A stretch of DNA of 64,000 nucleotides from an uncultured Acidobacteriota bacterium (GTDB taxonomy: Bacteria; Acidobacteriota; Vicinamibacteria; Vicinamibacterales; 2-12-FULL-66-21): positions 20,398 through 84,397 of the forward strand of contig CAVYZR010000004.1 in NCBI GenBank assembly GCA_963773005.1, written 5' to 3'. Both the position numbers and the translations under genes were made by a program. Each line of letters begins with the position of its first letter. Within the stretch, counting starts at the first letter, position 1. The notes under the pieces are model-generated. The model was not told the DNA's origin and ran no database searches. It saw only the letters and a list, made by a program, of their open reading frames with translations. Positions 19,361 to 28,361 of the stretch are shown in pieces.

Positions 19361-20094
19361 GCGCCGCCATGTTTCGCGCGCTCATCTATGCCGATTCGCG
19401 TTTGTTGTGGCGCGATCCGCTTCTCGGATGGATCCTCGCGCTTCCAATCGGGCTGGCACTGCTGCTCAGGTCGCTGATTCCACGAGTGCAAGAGGCGCTT
19501 CTCGCGGGAATGGGCTTCGACCTCACGCCGTACCATCCTCTCGTGATGGGTGGCTACTTGATGACGGCGCCAGGCATGGTCGGCATGGTTATTGGCTTTC
19601 TGTTTCTGGACGAGCGCGATGCGCGCACCCTGACAGCGTTGCGGACCACGCCCCTGTCGATGCGGCAATACCTTGGGTATCGAGTCGCTCTTCCACTGCT
19701 GCTTGGAACTGCATCGACGCTGATTGGCTACCCCCTGACCGGCCTGACGCCTCTTGCACTCTCGTCGCTGTTGCCAATCACCCTGGTCGCCGGCTTCTCT
19801 GCGCCAATCCTGGCACTCGTACTCGCGATCGCTGCGCCGAACAAGGTGGCGGGATTCGCCGTTGTAAAAGTGATGAACTCGGTGAATCTCCTGCCAGTCG
19901 TGGCGTATTTCGTCCCTCGTCCACTGCAGTTCGCGGCCGGAATCTTGCCGCCCTACTGGCCGATGCGCGCCCTGTGGTCGGTGGCCACAGGAGAATCCTA
20001 CGCGGCGTATCTCGTGATCGGGACCGTGGTTTCGGGACTAGCGCTCTTCCTGGCCGCTTGGCTTTTTGACCGGAGACTGCTGCGACGAGCATGA
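19357..20094 (+). CDS. ABC-2-type exporter permease (second subunit)
   Basis: MSAAMFRALIYADSRLLWRDPLLGW..., six hydrophobic segments. It is the only credible part of the 572-aa ORF 18376..20094. ATG 19357 overlaps the upstream stop. Confidence 0.75.
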   Translation: MSAAMFRALIYADSRLLWRDPLLGWILALPIGLALLLRSLIPRVQEALLAGMGFDLTPYHPLVMGGYLMTAPGMVGMVIGFLFLDERDARTLTALRTTPLSMRQYLGYRVALPLLLGTASTLIGYPLTGLTPLALSSLLPITLVAGFSAPILALVLAIAAPNKVAGFAVVKVMNSVNLLPVVAYFVPRPLQFAAGILPPYWPMRALWSVATGESYAAYLVIGTVVSGLALFLAAWLFDRRLLRRA

Positions 20095-20253
20095 AAGGGC
20101 CGCCTAATCATGACCTCATGTCCTGTACCTGTTTTGTACCTGCTCGTGACCTTTTGGTTGGATTGACGGGATCGATACAACGTGTTCTGCCGTAAGTCGT
20201 TGGCCCTAGGGTATTCGGCCGGTGCGAATCCCGGCGCCTCCATTATTTACTTC

Positions 20254-20323
20254 GCTCGGTGGGGCCCCTTCACGTTCCCCACCTCGCTGCGCGCTCGCCT
20301 TTTCAGCTCGCTCGCGCCTTCAC
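20254..20323 (+). repeat. R-element, single copy
   Basis: Near-identical to 2401-2450 over about 50 nt, then a diverged tail ending in ccttcac. It lies between the convergent ABC permease and cstA genes. Confidence 0.8.
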
Positions 20324-20363
20324 TGCCCAACCAGCCTCATCTTCGCGTGAACAAGAAAGTCCA

Positions 20364-22400
20364 CTAGCCGACGGCGTCGCCAATCCGCGACTCGACGTAG
20401 GGCGCCTCATTCACGCGTGGCATCTTCTGCCGCGTCGCAATCAGGTACCACTCTCTCGCCGACGCGACGATGATCACCCCGACGATTGCCATGAAGAAGA
20501 GCGCGAGCGCGGCATCGAGTCGGTCGTTGAAGATGAGCCGCGACGCGTTGGGCACGCTGGAGTTTTCGAGCGCCCGCGCGTGTGCCAGGAAGCCGAGCTT
20601 CGGATCTGGCGAGAGCACCTTCTGCCATCCCGCGGTCAGCGTCGCGGTCGCCAGCCAGGCCAGCGGCACCAGTGTGACCCACGAATACCGCATGCGACCC
20701 ATCTTGATGAGCACTGTCGTGGCCACGCAGAGCGCGACGGCCGCCAGTAGCTGATTCGCTATCCCAAAGAGCGGCCAGAGCGAGTTGATGCCACCGAGGG
20801 GATCGACAACGCCCTGATAGAGGAAGTAACCCCAGCCGGCCACAACCAGAAACGACGACAGGACAATGCTCGGATACCAGGACGTTCGACCGAGTGGCGC
20901 CCACACATGGCCGAGGAGCTCCTGCAGCATGAAGCGCCCGACGCGCGTGCCGGCGTCGATGGTGGTGAGGATGAACACCGCCTCGAACATGATGGCGAAG
21001 TGGTACCAGATCGCCAGCCCCGCGCCGCTGAACAGGCCACTGAAGATGCCGGCCATGCCGACCGCGAGGCTTGGGGCACCGCCCGTGCGCGACAGGAGTG
21101 TGGCCTCACCCATCTGCGCGGCGAGGGCATCGAGCTCGGCGGGCTGCACGGTGAAGCCCCACTGCGCGATCGCCCGCGCGGCCGTCTCCGACGTTGCGCC
21201 AAGCGCGGCGGGACCGACGTTCATCGCGAAGTAGACGCCGGGGTCGAGCGTCGCGGCGGCAATCATCGCCATCACCCCAACGAGCGATTCGGTGAGCATG
21301 CTGCCGTAGCCAACCAGGCGCGCGTCGGGCTCACGGCGAATCATCTTCGGCGTCGTGCCGCTCGAGACGAGCGCGTGGAACCCCGAGATTGCGCCGCACG
21401 CAATCGTGATGAACGCAAACGGAAACAGCTTGCCCGCGAAGACTGGACCCGTCCCGTCGATGAACTGGGTCACGGCCGGCATGCGGAGCGGCGGTAGCAC
21501 AAGCAGGATCGCCACGCCCAGCACGAGTATCGTGCCGATTTTCATGAACGCCGACAGGTAGTCGCGCGGCGCCAGGAGCAGCCAGACCGGCAGGACTGAC
21601 GCGACGAAGCCGTAGATAACCACCGCCCATGTGAGGTTCGTGCCCGACCAGGTGAAGGCCGGCGCCCACGCGGGGCTCTGGGAGATCCACTGGCCACCCA
21701 TGAGCGCGGCAAACAGCAGCGCGATTCCTATCACCGTAGCCTCGGCGACCTTCCCCGGCCGGATGTAGTTCATCCAGACGCCCATGAGCAGGGCGATCGG
21801 GATCGTGCACGCGATGGTGAACAGGCCCCACGGGCTGTCGCGTAGAGCGTTGACGACGACGAGCGCGAGCACGGCGAGCAGGATGATCATGATCGCAAAG
21901 ATCGCGATCATCGCGGCCAGGCCGGCAACAGGATTGACCTCTTCCTTCGCGATCTGCCCGAGCGATTTGCCGTCGCGTCGCACGGAAGTGCACAGGATCA
22001 AGAAATCCTGTACCGCCCCACCCAACACGACACCAGCGATGAGCCACAAAGTGCCAGGGAGGAACCCGAACTGCGCTGCGAGGGTTGGACCGACCAACGG
22101 GCCGGCGCCGGAGATGGCCGAGAAGTGGTGGCCGAAGAGCACCCCCTTCGACGTAGGGACAAAGTCGCGCCCGTTGTTCAGCCGTTCAGCTGGCGTCGCG
22201 CGGCACGGGTCGAGGCCAAAGACTCTCTCGGCGATGAAGCGCGAGTAGAACCGGTAGGCAACCAGGTAGGAGCACACTGCCGCGACCAGCAGCCACGCGG
22301 CGCTGATCGCTTCGCCGCGAGAGAGCGCGATGAAGCCAAGGGCGCCTGCCCCGACAACGGCGACGGCAAGCCAGGCGATGGCGGACACAAAAGGGGGCAT
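20364..22400 (-). CDS. cstA: Carbon starvation protein A (peptide/pyruvate transporter family)
   Basis: 678 aa, many TM segments. The conserved CstA N-terminus is present: YRFYSRFIAERVFGLD...TPAERLNNGRDFVPTSKGVLFGHHFSAISGAGPLVGP. Confidence 0.9.
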   Translation of the reverse strand: MPPFVSAIAWLAVAVVGAGALGFIALSRGEAISAAWLLVAAVCSYLVAYRFYSRFIAERVFGLDPCRATPAERLNNGRDFVPTSKGVLFGHHFSAISGAGPLVGPTLAAQFGFLPGTLWLIAGVVLGGAVQDFLILCTSVRRDGKSLGQIAKEEVNPVAGLAAMIAIFAIMIILLAVLALVVVNALRDSPWGLFTIACTIPIALLMGVWMNYIRPGKVAEATVIGIALLFAALMGGQWISQSPAWAPAFTWSGTNLTWAVVIYGFVASVLPVWLLLAPRDYLSAFMKIGTILVLGVAILLVLPPLRMPAVTQFIDGTGPVFAGKLFPFAFITIACGAISGFHALVSSGTTPKMIRREPDARLVGYGSMLTESLVGVMAMIAAATLDPGVYFAMNVGPAALGATSETAARAIAQWGFTVQPAELDALAAQMGEATLLSRTGGAPSLAVGMAGIFSGLFSGAGLAIWYHFAIMFEAVFILTTIDAGTRVGRFMLQELLGHVWAPLGRTSWYPSIVLSSFLVVAGWGYFLYQGVVDPLGGINSLWPLFGIANQLLAAVALCVATTVLIKMGRMRYSWVTLVPLAWLATATLTAGWQKVLSPDPKLGFLAHARALENSSVPNASRLIFNDRLDAALALFFMAIVGVIIVASAREWYLIATRQKMPRVNEAPYVESRIGDAVG

Positions 22401-22605
22401 AGCTGTGTTGGCTGAAGCGCTGGCGTCTCAGCTTTCGAGAAGGTAGCAAGGCTACCCTATTTGCCCCCCATTCCGTGAACCGGCGCGGGTCCTCACTACC
22501 CATAGAGATTGACGCGCTGGTCCCATCGGGAACATACTCCCCGTCGTCCTACTGCTCAGCTTAAGTCTGTCGGTCGGCTTCAGCTACTCACCGGAGGTGT
22601 GCCCT

Positions 22606-23277
22606 ATGAAATCGTGGAAAGCATCGTCAATCGTGTTGCTCGTGGTGGTCTGGTCGGGCGCGGCACTCGCGCAGGACGCGGTGAAAGTCGATCCCGCGCA
22701 TTACAAAGTCGTCTTCGAAAACGAGAGCGTCCGGGTGCTGAAGATTGGTTACGCCCCCGGCGGGAAGAGCACGATGCACCAGCATCCGGATTCCATCGTG
22801 ATTCCGCTATCGCCCGCCAAGGTCCGCTTCGGCTTGCCCGACGGCAAGACGGAGGACAGCGAGCTGGCGAACGAGATGCCCCAGTACACGCCCGCCGGCA
22901 CGCACAACCCGACGAACGTCGGCACGGGACCCGTCGATGCGTTGTTGGTCGAATTCAAGACGGCGGCGCCGGGCAAGGCTGCGCTTCCGACGTCGCGTCC
23001 CGGCCTGGAGCTGAAAGTGCTCGCTGAAGGTCCGCGCGCAATCGCCTATCGCACGACGGCGACCCCGACGTTCGCGGAACCGGCTGGAAGCAAACACGAG
23101 TTCGATCAGGTGGTCGTTGCGCTCGGCCCTGGCGCGCTATCGCTCTCGATCGACGGCAAGCCCGCGAAAACGAGTTGGGCGCGCGGCGACGTGCAGTTCA
23201 TCGGCCGCGGCGTCGCGCATGAGGCCAAGAACACTGGCGGGAAGCCGGTGGACATGATGATCGTGTCGATTAAGTAA
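22606..23277 (+). CDS. Exported cupin-domain protein
   Basis: Signal peptide MKSWKASSIVLLVVVWSGAALAQD. Cupin-like HQHPD and GVAHEAKN motifs. GGAGG lies 8 nt before ATG 22606. Confidence 0.7.
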   Translation: MKSWKASSIVLLVVVWSGAALAQDAVKVDPAHYKVVFENESVRVLKIGYAPGGKSTMHQHPDSIVIPLSPAKVRFGLPDGKTEDSELANEMPQYTPAGTHNPTNVGTGPVDALLVEFKTAAPGKAALPTSRPGLELKVLAEGPRAIAYRTTATPTFAEPAGSKHEFDQVVVALGPGALSLSIDGKPAKTSWARGDVQFIGRGVAHEAKNTGGKPVDMMIVSIK

Positions 23278-23289
23278 GGATCGCCAGGC

Positions 23290-23314
23290 GGCGGGGCGGG
23301 AGATCATCCCCGCC
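23290..23314. terminator. GC-rich hairpin between convergent genes (possible terminator)
   Basis: GGCGGGG-N11-CCCCGCC lies 13 nt after the cupin gene stop. There is no clear T-tract. Confidence 0.35.
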
Positions 23315-23376
23315 TCGTCGCCGGACTATAAGCCTCGCCAGCATCACTACCGAACGTCTAGCCGGCTCCCGCTCGA

Positions 23377-25929
23377 CTATTCGAGGAGGATCCAGGCGTC
23401 GCCTTTTCGTTGGACGTGCCAGGTGAGCTTCAAGGCGCGGGGGGCGATCGCACCTGACGCCGTGCCCTTCTTGTAGGTGTTCCTATACTGAGCGGTTAAC
23501 ATCACCGCGCCGGTCTGCCGATCGGGACTCTGCACGATGCGGATGTCCGAAATAGTCAGCTCCGTTGAACCCAGATCCCTGGGGAAACCAGTGAAGGACG
23601 GCTTGAAGCGCCGCACACGCTGCACGTCCATGCTGTTGTAAGCCTCCACATAGTCGTTCAGCAGTTTACGGATAGCGAGCTCATCGAGCGCGCGGAGATA
23701 CGGTCCGGGGGCCGTCTTGGCTCTCGCGGCAGCAGTCCGATACAGCTCCGCGGCCGCGCCGAATTCACGAACGATTGACTCCGCGTTCTCCGGTCCAACG
23801 GTACGACTCGAGCCACGCGCTATCTGAAGGCGCGCGTTGCCGTCGGCGTACTCCGGTCGGTCTTTCGCTCCCGCAGCATCCGCCGCCTTTCTCGCGTTAG
23901 TAGCCTCGGCTTCGGCGGCGCGATAGAGCTGCGGAATCGTTCCAGTGAGTTCGGAATTCTTCGGATTGTCTTTGAGGCCCCCGGCAATGGCGCGTGCCGC
24001 CCCAACGAGATTGCCCTGAGCGATGAGACCCTTGGCCGTGTTCGCCGAGGGAGGCTCCACTGGGGCAGCTGCCATCGGGCGCGCGTCTGCCGCAGCCGCA
24101 GACGCCGCGGGAGCCGGCGCATCCAGCGTTGTCGCTGGTGAGCTTGGCATCACCGTAACAGGCGCAGGCGAGGGTGAAGCAGCGGTACCCGCCGGAGATG
24201 GATTCCCGGCAGACGCCGGCACCGCAGGTAGCGTTGATTCTACCGCCGGGGCGTCCTGAGGCCGGCCACGAAGCGTGAACAACACTGCGGCGGCGAAGAC
24301 GACAACGGCAATCGGCGCCGTCACTCGCGCCACTCGCGACAACCGCCTCTTGGGGGCCGGCTCTTCGCCAGCCGGTAGCGCTGAGTGCGAGGCGACCGAA
24401 GTCTCCGTATCTCGCATGTGGCCGGACCCGCCGGCTGCAGCCGCAACTTGAGATGCCGCCCCCTCCACTATCGGCCTTGAGGAACTGGGCATTGTGATCG
24501 CGCCCGACCCGGCATTTGCCGCCGCAAGTGGAGCCGGCGATGACACAGCCGCGATGCGAGCGCCCAGCAGGAGCGCCGCCACCTGGCGAGCCACCACTTC
24601 GAGAACCAGGTTGCCGACGCAGATCTCCTGGTCGGAGACGGCGCCAGCGACCGCCACGATCTCGACCGGGACGGCTCCGAGAAACAGATCGTCGAGGCCG
24701 TAGACTTCGACATTGATACGACAAGAACCGGCTCGCAGTGGGGTCAGCAGAAACGCCAGCCGCTTCGAGTACTCGTCCGGTGGGACTTCGATCAGTCTGT
24801 CCGCCTGGCTGTCGACTCTGAAATCGGGCGCGACGAGTTTGATGCGCAATCGTGCCGGCAGAAGACCGCCGGTTTTAGGATCCGTGGGGTAATCCAGTTG
24901 CAGCGCTTCAGACACCTGTTCGATCTCGATCGGCCGCGCTTTACTTGGCCAGTCCTCCAGGCCGAGGCGCGTGGACGCCTCGAACCGCACCTGCACCAGT
25001 AGATCGATCTGCCGTCCGACTTCAGCGCGGCTTGGCGCAGCGACATCGATCCGGCGGGACGCGCCATGATGGTCTGGCGTGCTCACGTGCGTCGTCTGGT
25101 CCACGCCGCACTCGTTCAACGCCGCCCACATACTGCGCGCGGAACCGTAGCGGTCGGCCCCGTCGAGGGCCATTGCCCGTGCGATCACGCGGCCGAGATT
25201 TTCCGGGATGTCGGGCCCGAGCAGGTGCGCTGCCGTTAGCGGGTCCGGGGTCCCACTCGCCACCGCCTGCGAGCGGTCCCTCGCGTTGACCGGCGGATAA
25301 CCAGTGAGAAGGTGGTACAGCGTCGCGCCGACGGCGTAGACATCGCTGCGCGCGTCGGTCTTTCTTCCAAGAATCTGCTCGAGGGGCGCATACGCGAGGG
25401 TGTAGCCAAACACGCTGCGGTCAGGCGGTGGCGCGGCGGCTTCCTCCGGCCGACCCTTGGCGAGCCCGAAGTCCAGAAGGACGATCTCGCCGCGCGGCGT
25501 CCGCTTCAGATTTGCGGGTTTGATGTCCCGGTGAACGACGGAAGGCTCCTGGTCGTGCAGGTAGCCCAGCGCGTCGAGCACGGTCCGAGCCCAGACAACG
25601 ACCTCGGCTGGTGGAAAACGGGACCGACGATGGTCGAGCAGTTTGCCGAGGTCATCGCCCTCGATGAACTGCATGACCAGGAACTGTGCCTTGCCCTCGA
25701 CGAAGTAGTCGGTGACGACTGGCAGCGCGGGGTGGCGCAGTGCCGCCAGAAGCTTCGCCTCGCGTTCGAATGCGCGATCGGCGTCAACACCCGGGAGCCG
25801 GCACTCCTTGACGGCGACCGTGTTCTGCAGCCGCGAGTCGATCGCTTCGTAGACGGCCCCCATCCCGCCGTGACCGATCTCGCGAACGATCCGGTATCGG
25901 CCGTGAAGCACGGTGCCGTTGGTAAGCAT
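23377..25929 (-). CDS. Ser/Thr protein kinase with TM segment, Ala/Pro-rich linker and C-terminal NTF2/SnoaL-like domain
   Basis: Hanks motifs GHGGMGAVYEA, VAVK, HRDIKPANL, DFGLAK and APE-like YAPLEQ. TM segment VTAPIAVVVFAAAVLFTL. The C-terminal LNDYVEAYNSMDV...WHVQRKGDAWILLE is NTF2-like. Confidence 0.9.
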   Translation of the reverse strand: MLTNGTVLHGRYRIVREIGHGGMGAVYEAIDSRLQNTVAVKECRLPGVDADRAFEREAKLLAALRHPALPVVTDYFVEGKAQFLVMQFIEGDDLGKLLDHRRSRFPPAEVVVWARTVLDALGYLHDQEPSVVHRDIKPANLKRTPRGEIVLLDFGLAKGRPEEAAAPPPDRSVFGYTLAYAPLEQILGRKTDARSDVYAVGATLYHLLTGYPPVNARDRSQAVASGTPDPLTAAHLLGPDIPENLGRVIARAMALDGADRYGSARSMWAALNECGVDQTTHVSTPDHHGASRRIDVAAPSRAEVGRQIDLLVQVRFEASTRLGLEDWPSKARPIEIEQVSEALQLDYPTDPKTGGLLPARLRIKLVAPDFRVDSQADRLIEVPPDEYSKRLAFLLTPLRAGSCRINVEVYGLDDLFLGAVPVEIVAVAGAVSDQEICVGNLVLEVVARQVAALLLGARIAAVSSPAPLAAANAGSGAITMPSSSRPIVEGAASQVAAAAGGSGHMRDTETSVASHSALPAGEEPAPKRRLSRVARVTAPIAVVVFAAAVLFTLRGRPQDAPAVESTLPAVPASAGNPSPAGTAASPSPAPVTVMPSSPATTLDAPAPAASAAAADARPMAAAPVEPPSANTAKGLIAQGNLVGAARAIAGGLKDNPKNSELTGTIPQLYRAAEAEATNARKAADAAGAKDRPEYADGNARLQIARGSSRTVGPENAESIVREFGAAAELYRTAAARAKTAPGPYLRALDELAIRKLLNDYVEAYNSMDVQRVRRFKPSFTGFPRDLGSTELTISDIRIVQSPDRQTGAVMLTAQYRNTYKKGTASGAIAPRALKLTWHVQRKGDAWILLE

Positions 25930-25992
25930 GGCGCGCGACCGGTGCCATTCTAAGCGAGAACCGGGACTCGCCTGAAAGTTCGCACGCCCGAA

Positions 25993-26811
25993 TCACTTCT
26001 GCTGGTAGATCCTCACGTAGTCCACGAGATATCGGTGCGGGAAGCGCGAGTCGTCGATCCCCTGCTGCCCTCCCCAGGCTCCGCCGATTGCGAGGTTGAT
26101 GAGCAGGTACTGTGTCTTGTCGAACGGCCACGCGCGCGCGCCGCTGCCTTCGTTCGTGAAGGTGAAGTATTTCTGGCCGTCGACGAAGGCATCGAGGTGG
26201 TCCGCGTACCACTCCATCGCATAGACGTGAAAGTCATCGGCCGGATTCGCGATCACGACGCTCGCTGACTTCTGCGTGCCGATGGTGTGGTTGTAAGCAG
26301 CCGTGTGAACGCTGCTGTGGATGCGCAGCGGATCGAACCCGACGTTCTCCATGATGTCGATCTCGCCGCAGGTCGGCCAGCCCACCTGGCCGATGTTGGT
26401 GCCTAACATCCAGATGGCCGGCCACGAACCCTTGCCGGTCGGAAGTTTGGCTCGGACCTCGACTCGACCGTAGAGAAACTCGAAGCGCCCGCGGGTGTTG
26501 ATGCTGGCCGACGTGTAGCCGTAGCCCTGGAAGGATTCTTTGCGGCCTTCGATCACCAGATTTCCGCCTTCAGCCCGTGCGTTTTCGGCGCGCGACGTGT
26601 AGTACTGCCTCTCGTTGTTGCGGATGTAACCAAGCTCGTAGCCCCACTTCGCGGAGTCGACGGCGCCGCCCGCGTCGAACTCGTCGGCGAAGACGAGGCT
26701 CCACCCGCCGGTTCCCTGAGTCGGCGCCGGGGACGGCGTGGACGGTGCTGCTGCGGGATCGCCGCCGCACGCTACCGATACGACGAGGAGGAGACCGACA
26801 AGTGTCCTCAT
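25993..26811 (-). CDS. Glycoside hydrolase family 16 (beta-glucanase/laminarinase-like) lipoprotein
   Basis: Lipobox VSVAC|G. GH16 motifs DEFD, WPAIWMLG and GEIDIMEN (ExDxxE). ATG 26811 overlaps the upstream stop (ATGA). The ORF-track N-terminal extension is discounted. Confidence 0.9.
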   Translation of the reverse strand: MRTLVGLLLVVSVACGGDPAAAPSTPSPAPTQGTGGWSLVFADEFDAGGAVDSAKWGYELGYIRNNERQYYTSRAENARAEGGNLVIEGRKESFQGYGYTSASINTRGRFEFLYGRVEVRAKLPTGKGSWPAIWMLGTNIGQVGWPTCGEIDIMENVGFDPLRIHSSVHTAAYNHTIGTQKSASVVIANPADDFHVYAMEWYADHLDAFVDGQKYFTFTNEGSGARAWPFDKTQYLLINLAIGGAWGGQQGIDDSRFPHRYLVDYVRIYQQK

Positions 26812-27461
26812 ATTCCCCGTCGCGTGATGGTCGAGGAGCCGGAATCCATGATTCGGTAAGTCATCGTCAGCGAGCCGACATCGATCTGGTCGCGGTCCTT
26901 GAGCACGACCGGTTCGACGACGCGCTGCCCGTTCACCATCGTGCCGTTCTTGCTGCCCAGGTCCTCGACGACGGCCTCTCGACCCTTCACCACGATTCGG
27001 GCATGCCGACGCGACAGCGTGCTCGAATCGATCCGGATGGCACAGTCGCCATCGCGGCCCAACACGTTCGGGCCTTCGGAGAGGAGCCATTCGCCGCTCG
27101 ACGACACCAGACGTTGACCTGATCTGGAATGGCTGGCAACGGCGGGCGCGGGCGCCGGCCGTGCATCACCATGAAATGCGTAGCCGTATCGGGGAACAGT
27201 GCGGATGTAGCGAGACGTCCGCGGAGCGTCGCCGGTTGCGGCGCGTATTTCCGCCACCAGGTTATGCAGGCTCGCGTCGGCAACAAACGTCTCCGGCCAC
27301 AGTCGCTCGAGGATCTCTTCTTTCGACACCGCCTCGGGGCGGCGATCGAGCAAAATCGCCAACAACTGGAAGGCCTTCGGGGACAGCGGCGTCGCGCTGC
27401 CATGCCGAAGGAGCACCCGCTGACCGGAGTCGAACTCGCATTCTCCAAAAACAACACGCAT
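26808..27461 (-). CDS. Transcriptional regulator: N-terminal OmpR/CadC-type winged helix plus C-terminal FHA domain
   Basis: wHTH segment LSPKAFQLLAILLDRRPEAVSKEEILERLWPE...IRTVPRYGYAF. FHA segment LGRDGDCAIRIDSSTLSRRHARIVV...VEDLGSKNGTMVNG. Confidence 0.85.
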   Translation of the reverse strand: MRVVFGECEFDSGQRVLLRHGSATPLSPKAFQLLAILLDRRPEAVSKEEILERLWPETFVADASLHNLVAEIRAATGDAPRTSRYIRTVPRYGYAFHGDARPAPAPAVASHSRSGQRLVSSSGEWLLSEGPNVLGRDGDCAIRIDSSTLSRRHARIVVKGREAVVEDLGSKNGTMVNGQRVVEPVVLKDRDQIDVGSLTMTYRIMDSGSSTITRRGI

Positions 27462-27549
27462 TTGAGCGCCCTGAAAGAATTAGAGTTTCATGAGAACTCC
27501 GCGAGGACACCGTGGTCCACCGGCGCCTATATTGGCACAGGAGACCTTT

Positions 27550-28314
27550 ATGATCCGACTGCGAGGAGTTGCCGTCTTCCTGGCCTGCGTGCTCGCACTC
27601 GTTCTTAGCGCCGGCTGCCACGGACAGGCAGCGTTTACCCAGGGCCTCGGCTCCAAGATCTGGGTCGGTCGCTATCAGGAGATCGAGGAATATCTGAGGA
27701 CCGGTGAGTGTGTGAGCATGGAATCGCTCCAGCCAATTTTGACACGCTGCACGCTGCGGCCCGGTGGACCGTTCGCCAGGATGGCATGGAAAGCGCTGCC
27801 ACCGGGCGTCCATCGCGGTTTCTCTGAAAGCTACCGGACCGAAATCGCCACGTACGAGCTCGACAAGCTTCTAAAGATGGACATGGTGCCGCCCACGGTC
27901 GAACGACAGATCCAGGGCAATAAGGGTGCCGCCCAATTGTGGGTAGAGAACGTCGTCGACGGGACGGACCCGACGTCGCCACTCCCTCCAGAGAAGGTCC
28001 ATTGGGAAGCCCAGCTGGTGCGCATGACGATGTTCGATTCGCTGATTGGGAACCGAGACAGGAATCGGCGAAACATACTCCGCGATCGCGAGTGGAACCT
28101 CATTTTGCTCGATCACTCACGAAGCTTCACCGCCGGCACCGAGCTCCTTCAGAAGCTGAACCGCGTTGACGAAAGCTTTTGGGCGAAGATCGAGGGCCTG
28201 ACGCTCGACGAGCTCAATCGCTCGCTCAGCCCATGGATCGATGAGAGCCAGATCAAAGCTATCCTCGACCGCCGCGACAAAATGAGGCTGGAAATCAGAT
28301 CGCTGCCGAAGTAA
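27550..28314 (+). CDS. Lipoprotein with a PI3/PI4-kinase- or HipA-like catalytic-loop signature (atypical kinase fold?)
   Basis: Lipobox LSAGC. IGNRDRNRRNIL followed by LILLDHSRSF resembles the G-x-x-DRH-x-x-N and DFG boxes. AGGAG lies 7 nt before ATG 27550. Confidence 0.5.
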   Translation: MIRLRGVAVFLACVLALVLSAGCHGQAAFTQGLGSKIWVGRYQEIEEYLRTGECVSMESLQPILTRCTLRPGGPFARMAWKALPPGVHRGFSESYRTEIATYELDKLLKMDMVPPTVERQIQGNKGAAQLWVENVVDGTDPTSPLPPEKVHWEAQLVRMTMFDSLIGNRDRNRRNILRDREWNLILLDHSRSFTAGTELLQKLNRVDESFWAKIEGLTLDELNRSLSPWIDESQIKAILDRRDKMRLEIRSLPK

Positions 28315-28361
28315 GCACGGCGACCGCTGCGGTCGCCGGCATGGACACGGCGGCTTAGCCG

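Noticed and set aside
18376-20094. A 572-aa ORF.
   Set aside because: The first ~327 codons are an alternate frame of the ATPase and the first permease. Only 19357..20094 (the second permease) is credible.
20211-20243. A tRNA 3' half (T-arm plus acceptor-like GCCTCCA) that could mark an integration site.
   Set aside because: The loop is 8 nt (tgcgaatc) with G at the invariant T55 position. There is no matching 5' acceptor strand upstream, no full tRNA with the same end in the window, and no integrase.
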